64,000 bases of DNA. It comes from Microthyrium microscopicum (taxonomy: Eukaryota). Positions 37,842 through 50,722 of the stretch are shown here, one piece after another (the stretch's first letter is position 1; every line of letters begins with the position of its first letter). The notes under the pieces were generated by a model that worked only from the letters and a program-made list of their open reading frames with translations, searched no databases and was not told where the DNA came from. The position numbers and the translations under genes were made by a program. The stretch covers positions 1,065,530-1,129,529 of the forward strand of contig MU004238.1 of NCBI GenBank assembly GCA_010405405.1, written 5' to 3'.

Positions 37842-38987
37842 TGCAGCAGCTTGCGGATCTTTGGACAAGCCGATGGGAGCACAATCCCATAGTACACTAG
37901 GAGAATATTACCTTGAAGGCGGCGTTGTTCTGCTTTCTTGGTCCCGGTTATGAATTAATAACACAAACAATGGTTTTTGCAGAGTAAACACATTACTTAA
38001 AGTGATTATTGTTTTTTCGAAAGGCAGACGGTCGGCGCTGGGACATACTATGGTAGTACTCTGAGAAGGCGTAGAAGTTGAACTAAATTGATGGTATCCT
38101 ATTATTTAATTGCCCAAATTGATATTAAGCACTGTGACTGGTGTCGTGCGTTCACTAAATGCGGTGTTTATATTCAGACAGGAAGGGTAGGAGAGCCAAG
38201 GGCTGAACGAGCCGGTAAAGTAAAAGGCCGGTCGACGTGATGAGCGTCATTCTCTGAGAAGTATCTACCAATTTTGATAGAAGCTGAGAAAATAGACGTC
38301 TGCTATTGGCACTAAAGCAATCGATATGGGAGTTTAATGGATAGGAAATAAATATGCAGCGTTGCGGATGGGACACCAGTTATAGGAGGCAGCTCCACGG
38401 GTACTCTAGAGTAGAGATTGTACAAACGGTGGATGATTAGTAATTATTCCAGCGCATCAATTTCACGCGTCTCAGAAACACTAACAATGCACCCAATCTG
38501 TTTGCTCTCTATGGCCACTTGTAAACAAGACACTCGTCTCAGTACAATAATCTCCACTACTGGTCGGCAGGACTCAGGAGTGCATTTATCCACACCTCGT
38601 GCTTGATCTCAAGCTTGATATCTTACCACGTGGGTGCTTCTTTCCTATCGAGTTTATGACGCGCGTTTGTGAGGCAGGCGCGACTGCTTCCTGGAAAATT
38701 ATCGATTAAACCTTGGGTCGTTCTTTCCCATCCCATCCTGTCAATTTGGTTGGCTAGACGCATGGACCCCGTGTAAGGTGTAACTCAACACCAACTCGTC
38801 GCACTCCACCAACTAAACAACAACTCAACTCCCTCTTGCCATCAACTCGCCCATTTTCCCCGTCGCTTCTCTGTCGCATCATCGCTCTCCATCGCTGGCC
38901 TTATCCCATTGCCTGCGCAATCAACACCCTCTTCCAGCTGGTTGCCAGCTCGTATTCTTCCTCCATCGACCGTCTTTGACCCTAAAC

Positions 38988-41560
38988 ATGCCTCCTGCGT
39001 CGGCCCGCGGCCGCAGAAGTCGTAAAGACACTGATCTGCCGAAACCCGATATGAGTATGCAAGATGTGCAGGATGACATCCACACTCCTACTAGAAAGCG
39101 CCGGAAGGTATGGCTCTTCCAAATTATCTCTCCCTCTTTGCCCCTCGCTAATTTGATCCAGGTAAACGGACTTGACACGAACGCTTCCATTCAATCTTCA
39201 TCCAAACATCGCCAATCCACCGACACCGAAGAAACCGTAGACAACGCTGCACTTGACCCAGATGCCGAAGAGGAGCCCCATAATTTTGCTGACGAAGTCA
39301 TCCGGCACTTGCGCGTTGCCTCGTATTCCGCTGCCGTTGTACAGCAATATAACAATTCTGTTGTCGATTCAAGTGCTCAAGCTTTTGCCAAAATTGCAGG
39401 CCGGGACTGGACATTCTATGTTTCCAAACTACATGTCGGGATTGGCCGTCCAAATGCCCGCAAGTCAATAATGCCAGATAGTGAAGACATCCAAGGGTCA
39501 CCAGCAGCTCCAGGAGTAGATATCGATTTGGGTCCCGATCAGCAAATATCTCGCATGCATGCCGAGATCTTATTCAACCATGACAAAGGAACTTGGCATC
39601 TAAAAATAAATGGTAGAAATGGAGGCTATCTCGATGACAAACGACTTGAACGTGGATCCATCACACTTCTTCATTCCGGCCATGTTGTCAACGTTTTGGG
39701 TACTCAAATGATGTTTCTGCTACCTGGAGTGAGCCCAATCGTTCACCCATCGATACAAAAGCAATTGAACGCTGAAGAAGAAGACGAAGATGACACGGAA
39801 ACTGAGCTCAAGGCTGAACTTCCTCTGCCTCCCCCTAGTTCATCCCGTAAAAGTGGCCGTAACGTGAAATATCTTCCAGCAGCTCATCCACCAGGATCCA
39901 GCTCTCGAGGTGCTGGCGCGCCTAGTTCACAGAATGGGCCAGGCACTCCACTTGGCAAGTTCAAAGATGTTTTACAACCTAAGACCAAGATATCTCCCTC
40001 GTACCATCGCGGTGTCATGATGGAGAGCACCGAAGAAATCGACTATTCACTTGATGTTGCCCGCGACATCAAGCCGCCTCACAGCTATGCGGCAATGATT
40101 GGTCAGGCAATTTTATCTACCCCCGAGGAGAAAGCCACACTGGCCAAGATTTACGAGTATATCAAAGACAAGTATGCCTACTTTAGACATTCAGGCCAAG
40201 GTTGGCAAAACAGCATTAGACACAATCTTTCTCTCAGCAAGATGTTTGAAAAGGTCCCTCGACGAACAGACGAACCTGGAAAGGGTATGAAATGGCAGAT
40301 TGTTGGGGAGCATCGAGAAGAGTTCATGAAGAAGAATATGCAACCGTCGAGACGCGCACGAAACATTGGATCATCTACACCGAACTCTCCAGCGACAATG
40401 TCTGGCCCTGTAGCACAAACAGAGCGACTCATGGGAGCCATTGGTGAGCCTAGTTCAGCGACTCGAAAGAAACGACTCCGTTCTATCACACCACCTCTCA
40501 GTTCTTATCCTGTCGCTACCGAATCTTACACCCCAGATCGTGGTCCGCAAGCTTCGTTTCTGACTTCTGGGCCACTTGCTCCTCTACCTGTCACAAACAC
40601 TCCGCCAACCGGCCCTATGTCTTTGACGCCAAGTCTCGACCGCTCCGGTAGTGATCGAGGCGTTGGTAACACTCCTGGTCAAAACCGGATGCCACCGAAC
40701 GGAATGAATACCGCGAGCTTCAACTCACCTCCGACGTTGGCAATGGGCAATACTCCATTTGAGGGGCCACCAGGAACACACTTATTCACTCCTCTACCGG
40801 TAAAGTCTCGACCATTAGCAGCTGTGCAGAGTACTTGCAAGGCACCTAGCTTCTATGCCAAAGACTTGTTCTCAAGTCCAGCACCATTTTGGAAATTTGC
40901 CAACGTTGGTAGCACGCCCGCTCGCCTCCCTGAACTTTCACCGTTCAAAGCAGAAAATCAAGGAGACGACACAACAAGCCCCATCAAAATTTCCGCGGAG
41001 GCTGAACCAGCACAGGACAAGGAAAATGACAAGATCGATGAAGACGTTCAACCCTCAAGTCCACCTCTCGTAACTGCTGGCTCAAACGACAATGACGTGA
41101 GTCCAACTCGGACAGTAAGTAGACCTGTCAGTCGCAGTGTTGCTTCTACATCAATACAACCAAGCTTCGCTGTATCAGTTGAACAAGGTGTCGAGACGCA
41201 ATCTACCGAAAAGGATGCTCAGGACAGTAAGGATGACCAAGCTCCTGCACCAGAAGGATCTGCAACACCATCACGATCCATCACTGTTGCCCAAGAATCA
41301 ACATCTCCTATACCAACATACCCCAAGCCCCTACCAGCTATGCTAGCAATGAATGGAGGCGGTCCTCTTGGTCCTCGGGTCAGCTCCTACTCTCATCCCG
41401 ACACGGAAGAGGATGAGGATGGCGACATTGATTTGACTCGGTAAATAAACCCTACTCATCCTACATCATCACCACCGTCTTGTACTAACAGAAATTCAGT
41501 GGCTTTGAGAAGATTGGCTCTTTTCACCAAACCATGCAAACCAACGGCGTCGCTCGGTAG
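38988..41560 (+). CDS. FHA + forkhead transcription factor, Fkh1/Fkh2 family (introns 39108-39161, 41441-41499)
   Basis: FHA: FAKIAGRDWTFY, IGR, ISRMHA, GRNG; forkhead: KPPHSYAAMIGQAI...WQNSIRHNLSL...PGKGMKW; C-terminal IDLTRGFEKIGSFH after splicing. Confidence 0.93.
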
Positions 41561-44500
41561 CACTGGCACGATCACTTTGGTAACTGATCAACGACAACAC
41601 ATTACACCTCTCTTATCGAATTCAACCATTGTATTATGTTTTGACTGCTCTTTGTATACGAAATACGGCTTTATGGAACGCTTGTGCTCTCCGCCAAGTT
41701 TCTGCCGCTCTGGCTTTGGGGTTTCACTAGTGCATGGGACAGCGTGGGATATCATTTTTTTCTTTGCGCCCTGGCTTTTCTTGTGGCCATGAGCTGTTGT
41801 TTTTACTCCTGTAGTTTAGGAATTGCAATGGCTTGTATCCGTTTTCGGATAGTTTGGTTATCTTGACATGCCAAATAAATTCAACTTCCTTACTCCAAAG
41901 TCATTGACTCGTACACTCACCGTATCTGGCTCTGGAGCCAACTCACTAGGTTCTATTATTGACTGTGTGTATACTTTCCAGCACTGTAGATGTCGTCCTT
42001 CCGGTGGATTTCAAGCGCACAGCCGCTGATTACTGCTCGATAGATAATTGTTTGCTGAATGCGCTATGAATGTGCCAATAATCTCGGCCCCTTGTTGCCC
42101 AGGACGTATGTGAGACGCCAGTTGCTGCCCAATACGCATGCGAGAGATAGCAACGCTGTTTGGTATGGTGTGTGTGATATAGTGTCAAAGGTCTTGCGCG
42201 GATCGGAAGACAATGATAACGCTACTGTATTCGGAAGTCGTTGACGGCGGGCGAGGTTATGGAATTGTAAGGCAATGGCTACGACTGGATGAAGATGGCT
42301 TTAAGATTCGGTCTAGATAGTTAGCTGCCGATTAAAGATTCTACATTGTGTAGTATTATTGCCACTGGCATAATGTCTGGCTACATCTCAGCGATGCTAT
42401 ACCTGCCCAGCGACATATCGCAGAAGATGCGTGTATGCTTATCCAACAAGACCCAAAACGGCGAAGGTAAGGAAACCGGAATCTGCCATGCCCAGCTTGA
42501 CTTCTGTTCCGCTGTCCGGCCGCTCACGATGATACAATCCAGACCATGGCGATCTAATCACTTTGGCGGGCCTTCAAAGCTAGCAAAGTATCCAATGTGA
42601 TTGTACAAGGCCGCATCGCAGACGGGATGTCGTCCGGTCATGAGACATCTTGAAGGGAATTTCGTAGGATGAAGAAGCGGGATCGGCCACCTAAAGGTGA
42701 AACATTGCAGCCGCGATGCTTGGGATTTCATGGAGTTATTAGCTCTTTGCGTCTGAATCTACCAGTAAGCTTTCGAGACTGCTATATCTGCAAGATGTAC
42801 CTCTGGAGTACAGCATATGCAGAGCAGGTTCAATGGCTCGGACGTCTTGCATACCCAAACGTTACGCATTGTGGACCTCAAAGCAAAGTTGATAGTGATA
42901 GGAGCAAAGATTCATATATTAAAGGAAGCATAGATGGTATCTATAAGCAAGGATGAAGCTGGAAGTGGCCAGTAGCCATAACAAAGCTGATTTTGCCTCT
43001 CTACGTCGGGGAAACAAGCCACCGAAAAGTGAGACATGGGCAATCTACCTGTACGTGCGTGGCAAGGAACGGCGACCCCCATAAGCTGATGCCCAAACCT
43101 GGTTTCCCACTCTCAAGACTCAAGAGATAGCATTCCAAGCCCGTTTTCTGGCCTTTTGTATCAAGAAGATCATGGCGAGTCACAGCAAGCCCGTGTGATA
43201 GAGCCGGGGAACGACAGCGGGCGGTCAACAAGCTATGGATAGGAACGATGGCGGACGTGGGATGTAACCTGGTGAGTGGAGTCCAATCCATTCGCCATCG
43301 GCCAAAGAGCTTGAAGCGGGCTGACAAGACTGTCCTAGGATCATCCAATACCGACCCTCTACTCGAGCATGAAGTTTACGAAAGGTATCCTTGCGGCGAC
43401 AAGATCCGTGTTTTCAAGCCGACATCGAGGCGGACCTCTAACGGGTCGTGCCATGCCGCTTCCATGGCAGACCAACCAAGATGCTTACCTTGATCGGCTT
43501 GGTTGCCAATTCCTCTTGCCAGTCGAGCTGGTTTTGTTGGCGCTGGTTCACCGCCGGCTTCAAATCATTGATTGTTAGAGAGATTGATACGGTAAAGGAT
43601 CTGATTGACTGGATAGTGTGGCGCCAGTGCATCAACTGCTGCAAGTTATATCATGGCGGAGAGAAAAGAAGAGAGAAGAGTGGCTTAGTTGGAAGGTTTT
43701 TTTGGATGCATTTGCCCACTGTGGACAATTTTTGCTGAACCTGGAAATGCGTCGTCTTTAGCCTGTGAGAATATTCGCTAACTTTGCTCTGAGGTGATTT
43801 GTACTCATAGCCGCATACTTAGTTTCTTCCAATCTTTAGCTTCCTTTCCAGTGTGGAGAAGTAGGTAGTTTGTTTGGCCATGCTGCGATCGTATCCTATC
43901 CGGCTTGGACAGCCTGAAGCGCTTACAACATCCACACATAGATTGAGCAGCCGATGATCTGGCTGTGTCATTTCGACTTCCCGGCGGCGTAAGACTTGAG
44001 TATACACAATGTCGTCAGTGGTTCTGATCGTCATCCTGATGGAAAGAGCAGTTCCATGCTAGCCAGCTGCCAATGTCCTCATGTTAGCTCCGTGCGTTGA
44101 CTATTAGTACTGGATCATCCAGTCGATTCTTCACACTGTGGTGGTATATTGCACTGGAAGGATCAAGCGAGATTACTTCGTCATATTGCTGAGCAATGAC
44201 TGGGAATTGCCGATATGCATGAGGGTAAGCCTGTCTCCTAATATCGGATGCAGAATGGTATAGGATTTCAGCATCTGCTTTAAGGCACCTTATCCTCGTA
44301 TGCAGACTTTCTGCGAAGTGAAGTTGAAGTGATCATCCTAGAGGTTAAACAAGACGGTCAGATAACTCTTGTCGGTGGCTGGGGAGTCGTCCGATGGAAA
44401 GCTGGGATCCATTGAGTTGAACTGATCCCAACAATAGCTGCGGTACAGGTTTCTAGCGATGTGCGTTTATCCAAGCTGGCATTAAGTTTTGTGAGCATGT

Positions 44501-47500
44501 TTGGCTTGCATCTGACATGTGCGCTGGCTATTGCAAAACCAATCCTCGCGCAGATTAGCTCATTGAGAAAACAAAAAGGAGAAATTGAATACCTCGGGTT
44601 TCAAGTAATCCAGTATTGAACCGTTGAATTTATCAGAAAATATTTTAGTAGTTGACTTGAAGGTAGAGGGAAGGTCGTTGGATTTTGAAACGACAGGATG
44701 TGTGTCTTTCATTCTGAAGGCGATGCAGGCTCCTGCACGTGGAACTCCATGAGTTGATCGCACAATCGAAAATCGGTTTCGTGCGCCCATATGGCGAGAA
44801 AACTCCTCTTACCTTGCAGATTCGGCGAACGTACAAGATGAGTGGCTGCTACCTGATGTTGAGATAATCCTCGCGCCACGATATTAGAGCGCATAAAACC
44901 GCAGAGAATACTAGGCAAGCTGGAAGAGCGATAAAGTACTTGAGGAAGCGCAGCTCATGACCCCAGGAAATGACCCAAAATCTGGTTGAAAACATTATTA
45001 CTACAACCGACATGAAGAAGGATTGGAGGAAATTACAAGCTGACACTACGTTTAAATGTATGCCACAAAAGCCTTCATCATCGCTCTAGCTTCGTGACTA
45101 ATTTTCCTAAACCGTATGTACTGATACGCCTCTGGTGTTGTTTGCATATGCTGTATTGGATGTGAGATATGCAATATATGCGCTTAGGTTAGAGAACATG
45201 TAATTGAACATATTCTTTCTTTCGTGTCCGCTTCCTTAGAAATCACTTGCTTAGTCTATGTTCACTCACCCAGTAAAGGTAACATATTTCCGTTACATAC
45301 AGCATACATGCCATTGTTCATACATCCATGTTTTCAGCAGAGTCCTTACCAGAACGTAGTTTCTGCCATCATTCGTATTGGGATGCGCTGAGATTTGACT
45401 GGCGCCCCCTGCGATCGATTTAGAAATGCTGATCGTTGACCAAGTCCCAGGATTTGTTCAGTCTCTAGGCCAGCTCAACCTGCCGGCAATTCTGGATTTG
45501 GATTTACGATCGGACCACCAGCGTCATGGCCAAATATTGACATTCATCTTCGCCTGTAAACAAGAAAAACCTTTTTTTCTTGATTCTTCCCTCGGAAATA
45601 CGAGACCAGGCGGTACCAACGCATCGGGTATCACCCCGGAAAGGTCCCTGTGAAGAACGCATGTTGCTCCGTTCCTAGAGTCTCTTTACATGATATCGCC
45701 AGTACAAGGCAATATCTATTCATAATGGTCATTGGGCGGGGAAGAGTCTCCCGCGGGCCGATGCGCAGCGCTTGACCGAATTGTTATTCAACCCTGGTGA
45801 TGGTTTATCTTCAGCAGGCATGTAGCCTTGACAGGCTGGCATGGTCTAAGAATCGACATTCCAAGATGGTCGACATGCATCAGCGACGCCCAACTCCAGA
45901 GAGTAAGTTGCTCCGAAGCCAGTTACGTCGTTTGAGCAAGCTGAAAGCTTGCAATTTGACTTCCTGCCACCTCGGACCGCATGTCCGGTAAATAGAGTGA
46001 AAGACGAGCTCAAATGCAAAGGGGGCGTTATAATGATACTTGTAGTCTGGAGTAGAATCCCCAGGATAGAATAATTTCAGAGACTGTGTTTGAACAAGTC
46101 ATGATAGTGCCGCCCTCCGGATCGTCCGATCACCAGGGCAGTTGCAGGGCAGACCTAACTGAACCACGATTTTTCAATCAACGTATATGCGAAATCCTAC
46201 AGGCAAATTTGACCCTGGCCTTTGGAAAAGGGCCGTCTCTTGAGTTGGGCCAAACGATTATCAATTTCTAGTCCGTAGTAATGAAATGGCTAGCTTACAA
46301 GATGGCAGCGTGCCGACGGCCCGACACTTTACATTGCTTTGTATGCGCAGATAGGACCAGCCTAGGTAGGTACTTTGATGGTTATCAGAGCAAAAATACT
46401 TCCGCAAAGAGTCGTGGTCATGTACATCCAATAATGAAAAGCTAAACGTGAAAGAAATGTCTAGTGTGCAGTAAGGAATACTCTAGTGGATAATCCCACG
46501 TTCTGACACGAGGAAATGCAGTCGCAGTTTGTGTGAAACTGAAGATTGTGGCGCTTGAAACACAAAATATTGGCCAAAAAGAATAAACGACGGCACACTC
46601 GGCAGCGAGGGCAGTGCCGACGCGACACCCGTCGGCAACCCCAGATGGCGCAAAGAAAGCGCCTCATCGCTCGCATGTCTTTAAGCCTCGTTTGTCACTG
46701 GCGTGTCTATCGCTACGGAGGCCACCACGGTATGCGACTGTACACCAATTGATAGGTACGTCTCTTTTGCCAAGTGTTCTAGTCTTTCGAGTATCAAAGA
46801 TGATACGAGTTGTCAAGAAAGCCCCTAGCGCCTAGCAAATTACTTAATTCATACAGCTTTGCCATCGTCGTGAGCTCTAGCTACTCAAAGGGTGTTCAAG
46901 GGACCTGGCTCATTCTCTAGCCTAGACCAATTTAATACCCTTCTGGCGGCAATTTCGCCATGGTTCGACAGTATGGGTATTTACTGGGGGGTCACTTGCC
47001 GCGCCAGAGTGGCCTCATCCAGTTGCCTTGTCTTAGAGGGTGACAAAATCTATGTGTCACTAATTCGATTCCCAAGTGTCGTCAGAAAAGCAAGAAGCAA
47101 AAGTCGCATATGCAACAATACGGCTTTCGCTTGAAGGCTGGTGTACGATAGTGTCGATCGTTGGTTATCATGAAATGTCGCAGAACTCGCAGCACTTACC
47201 CGCAGCAGTCACTGTGGAGAAAGGTGAAATCCGGCTAGACAAAATAATTGTTCAAGTAGTAGTGTTGTCCGATGGGGAAGCTCGGATTGCGCGCAGGAGG
47301 AATGGCGCTTGGCCATATTGTTCCAGAAGGTTGCGTTTGCCTCCAAAACACCAATCATTAAGGGTCTAGTACTTTCAGTCTAGAGTCTGGAGGTATTTTC
47401 TGGAATTACTCCAGATGCAATTGTCCTTTTTGAGTTCGATGGCTCGATGGCCTGACACTTTTTGATATAAACTCCGAGGTGAAGATTGATATCGCCAAAA

Positions 47501-48550
47501 GAGACGTGTACATTGACAGCAAGCAAATCTTTCAATAGCCAAGTCCGGATAATATTCGCTGGAGACCGAAAACACGGCCAAGCTGCATTCGCGGGCTGCA
47601 ATGCTCTTTGCGTGCAGACTCTCATCTGCCGCATCAGTATAGCAGTATAGCTAGTAGGCATTGGACAAGAAAACTTCGACGTCGACGCTCAGATGATGCG
47701 AGACCCGAGTCTCTGGTTCTTGCTGAGGAAGGGTGCAGAGCTGCAGATGGTATCCCATTGGAAGGCGAGCACGCGCGCGCGATTGGCAAATTAGACCCAT
47801 CGTTGACAGGATCCAATGTACTTCCCCAACACTTTGTACAACCTGTAATGCGAATCTACAAGGTCGTGACGAAGAATCAGAGCGAAGTTGGCGGTTTGGT
47901 GAGGGTCCAGCAGGTATTTGCGGAGTACCTGTTGACCTGGTCCTGTTTGTCCAACCAGTATTGGCGAGGAGCCTCTTCGCATGTGTCTCGCCAACGCTAG
48001 GTACCCGCCCGCCTCTGCGCGCTCTGGCGAGAGTGCAGCGCATAGGCTACCGCTCAGTTCTGATTGTCGAATGGATGGCTAGAAGCGATGATAATGGCTC
48101 GAGACTGGAGGGATCTTTTGATGACTTCTTGCTGTTGTTCACGTCTGCAGGCTGCGGACCCAGCACAGGTGCATTGCGTTGCGGTAACTAAAGCTCGCGA
48201 GCAGAACCAAAGATGCTTTCGTCGGACCAACAGGCATAGGCCATGAGCCATCCATCCCCTTGCAGACTGAGACTTGCACATTGCATCTGATCAGATGCGG
48301 GAGGGAGCACGGTACCTAGGTCTTTGAAGATGATGTGTAGCCCACGCGGTCGCAGCCCACAGCCCTCGCCAGGCCAGGCATACGGATATTGATGCTCATT
48401 GCCTGCTGCCACGGCGGCTCTTTGCCTCCAGTTAGCACGAGCAGATGAAGAAGTCGAGTGCCCAGATAATCACGGATTCACGGTAATGTCCATGTGCGCA
48501 TGCTGGCCTGGCGCTGCCATATCCCCGTAGTCTGCGAGAGCCCACAAGCC

Positions 48551-48586
48551 AGCCCAGTTGAGCCAGTTGAGCCAGTTGAGCCAGTG
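48551..48586 (+). repeat. Short tandem repeat, unit GAGCCAGTT, about 4 copies
   Basis: agcccagttgagccagttgagccagttgagccagtg. Confidence 0.8.
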
Positions 48587-48912
48587 CTTGCCTCTTGCTC
48601 CAGGAAAAGTCGAGTAAAGTCCAGTCTAATTCGATCCCTGCTGTCGCCGCAGCCGGTACCTAGCCCGACATCGATACAGCACTATGTCAAATCTGAATCT
48701 TTTCCACCAAACTAACGAAAACAATAACGGCTTCTATTATGTGCAGTATCGAACCCGGACCCATTATATATCCTTCCCATCCCTCCACCCTCATGTTCGA
48801 CTCAAATCCCTATCTTCATGCCTCCATTTCCTGCCAGTCCACCTCGTAATTCCGTTTCCTTACGACTGGCCGTTCTTTGAGTTCCTTCGTTTTGCTCCTG
48901 TCTCGTTAGGCA

Positions 48913-50722
48913 ATGTATCTTTCAATTGGTGTTTTCGAAATCGAGGTTCTCTCGGTGTTTATCATATTAGCGTACGCCCTGCTTCCGCCTTGTGTTACCT
49001 GTACTAGACTAACCTTAATCTATGCTTCAGCCTCGTCAAGTACTTTCGCACGCTTGCCAACTGCTTCGCCATTCTTACATATCGACCAATTTCCATACCG
49101 GACGACCCACAATATACGTCTGACGATGTCACCGGTGTCATTCCCTCACTTGAAGGTGATAGTGCAGAACTGAGAGAAACAATCCTCTCTAACCTGCGCA
49201 ATGGCATTTCCAGAATCATAATAGTCACTATCCACTCCAACCTGGAAAAGGCCCAGCGTGTGGCCAAAGAAATTTCGAGCAAAATCCAGGTTCTCAGTGT
49301 CGAACACCCCAATAAACGAAATCAAATGTGCGAAGCAATACCACATGTTACAACAAAAATCACCATCTTTGCTGACGACGATGTCATCTGGCCGTCAACT
49401 ATGCTACCTTGGATACTGGCGCCTTTTGAGAATCCCAAAGTCGGAGGCGTTGGCACTTCACAACGATTAAAACGTGAAGACAAGCCGAACTTTTGGAACT
49501 TTCTAGGAGCAGCATATCTACTTCGAAGAAACTGGGATATCATAGCCTGCAACAAAATTGATGGGGGCCTCCCCTGTCTTTCGGGGCGTACTGTTGCATA
49601 TCGGACAGAAATCATCAAAAATTCCGAGTTTATGAACGAATTCCGCAATGAAAAATGGAAGCAATATATTCTCAAAGCAGACGACGACAATTTCCTTACT
49701 CGATGGCTGCTTGAGCGTGGATGGGAAATCCGAATCCAAAAACACCGCGAATGTGAAGTTGAAACCACACTGGAAGGTAACTCCAAGTTCCTTCGTCAAT
49801 GTATGAGATGGGCCCGCAGCAATTGGCGTAGCAACCTTCGCAGTCTACGTCAAGGATGTATCTTCTGGTAAGTACTAACCATGCACAAGCCAAAATACAA
49901 CCTGCAAATAGTCCTTATACAACGTTATCTAAGACTAAACTAACCATACTTGTAGGAAACACCCATGGAGTACCTATGCCGTCTTTCAAACCACACTTAC
50001 AAGCTGGTCCCTGCCCTACGATCTAACACTAGCCTGGCTTTGGTGGTTTGTTACATTGGAAATGGAGCCCAGTTCCAGGCTGATTGCTCGCGTTGTTGCA
50101 TATCTGTGGATTTTCCTATTTTGTCGATTGGTCAAATACTTGGAGCATTTCGTACGCTACCCGGCTGATCTCATCTACATACCTCTTATCCCCTTTTTTG
50201 GTTATTTCCACTCAATATGCATCAAGGCATATGCATTTTTCACTCTCAATGTGGTAAGCAACATTCACTTATTCTTTCTCCTTATTTTTTGGATCGATCT
50301 CTATCGATATGGTTAGACAATTGCTGTTGTGGCTGCATATGGCCATGTCACTTGGATCGCGCAAGCAAGCTAAGATATCAGTCAACCCCGCACTCCACCC
50401 ACTTGTTGTGCATTGAGGTGGCTGGCTTCGCTTGTCTGCAGATTCTTCCTGTTGTCTGCCCACCATATCAATTATCCATCTTTCTATTTGCTATCGACTA
50501 TGCAATTTCAATCATTGGCTAACGAGATACGTGCAGACTGCCTGGGGCAGCCGAGAAGGTGCTGATGCTACTGGTAGCGATCGCATGCTCATTCAACACC
50601 GCAACGACCGCAAGGGCTTCATATACTCAACCTCGGTCGATATCCGCAACAAGACGGATATGATGCTCGAAAAGCCACTTCAATGCAGTAGTGAGACGGT
50701 GCCGCTGTTGGCGCCGACGTGA
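48913..50722 (+). CDS. CPS1: GT2 glycosyltransferase, Cps1-like polysaccharide synthase (exons 48913-48971, 49031-49867, 49956-50253, 50537-50722)
   Basis: NKRNQM, FADDDVIWP, CLSGRTVAYR, ADDDNFLTRW, QCMRWARSNWR (QxxRW), C-terminal TM segments and TAWGSR; all introns keep frame. Confidence 0.85.

Noticed and set aside
50317..50373. Alternative short last exon in the 283-bp third intron of CPS1
   Set aside because: No good branch site before this AG, and it would lose the conserved TAWGSR motif; no snoRNA boxes seen in the intron
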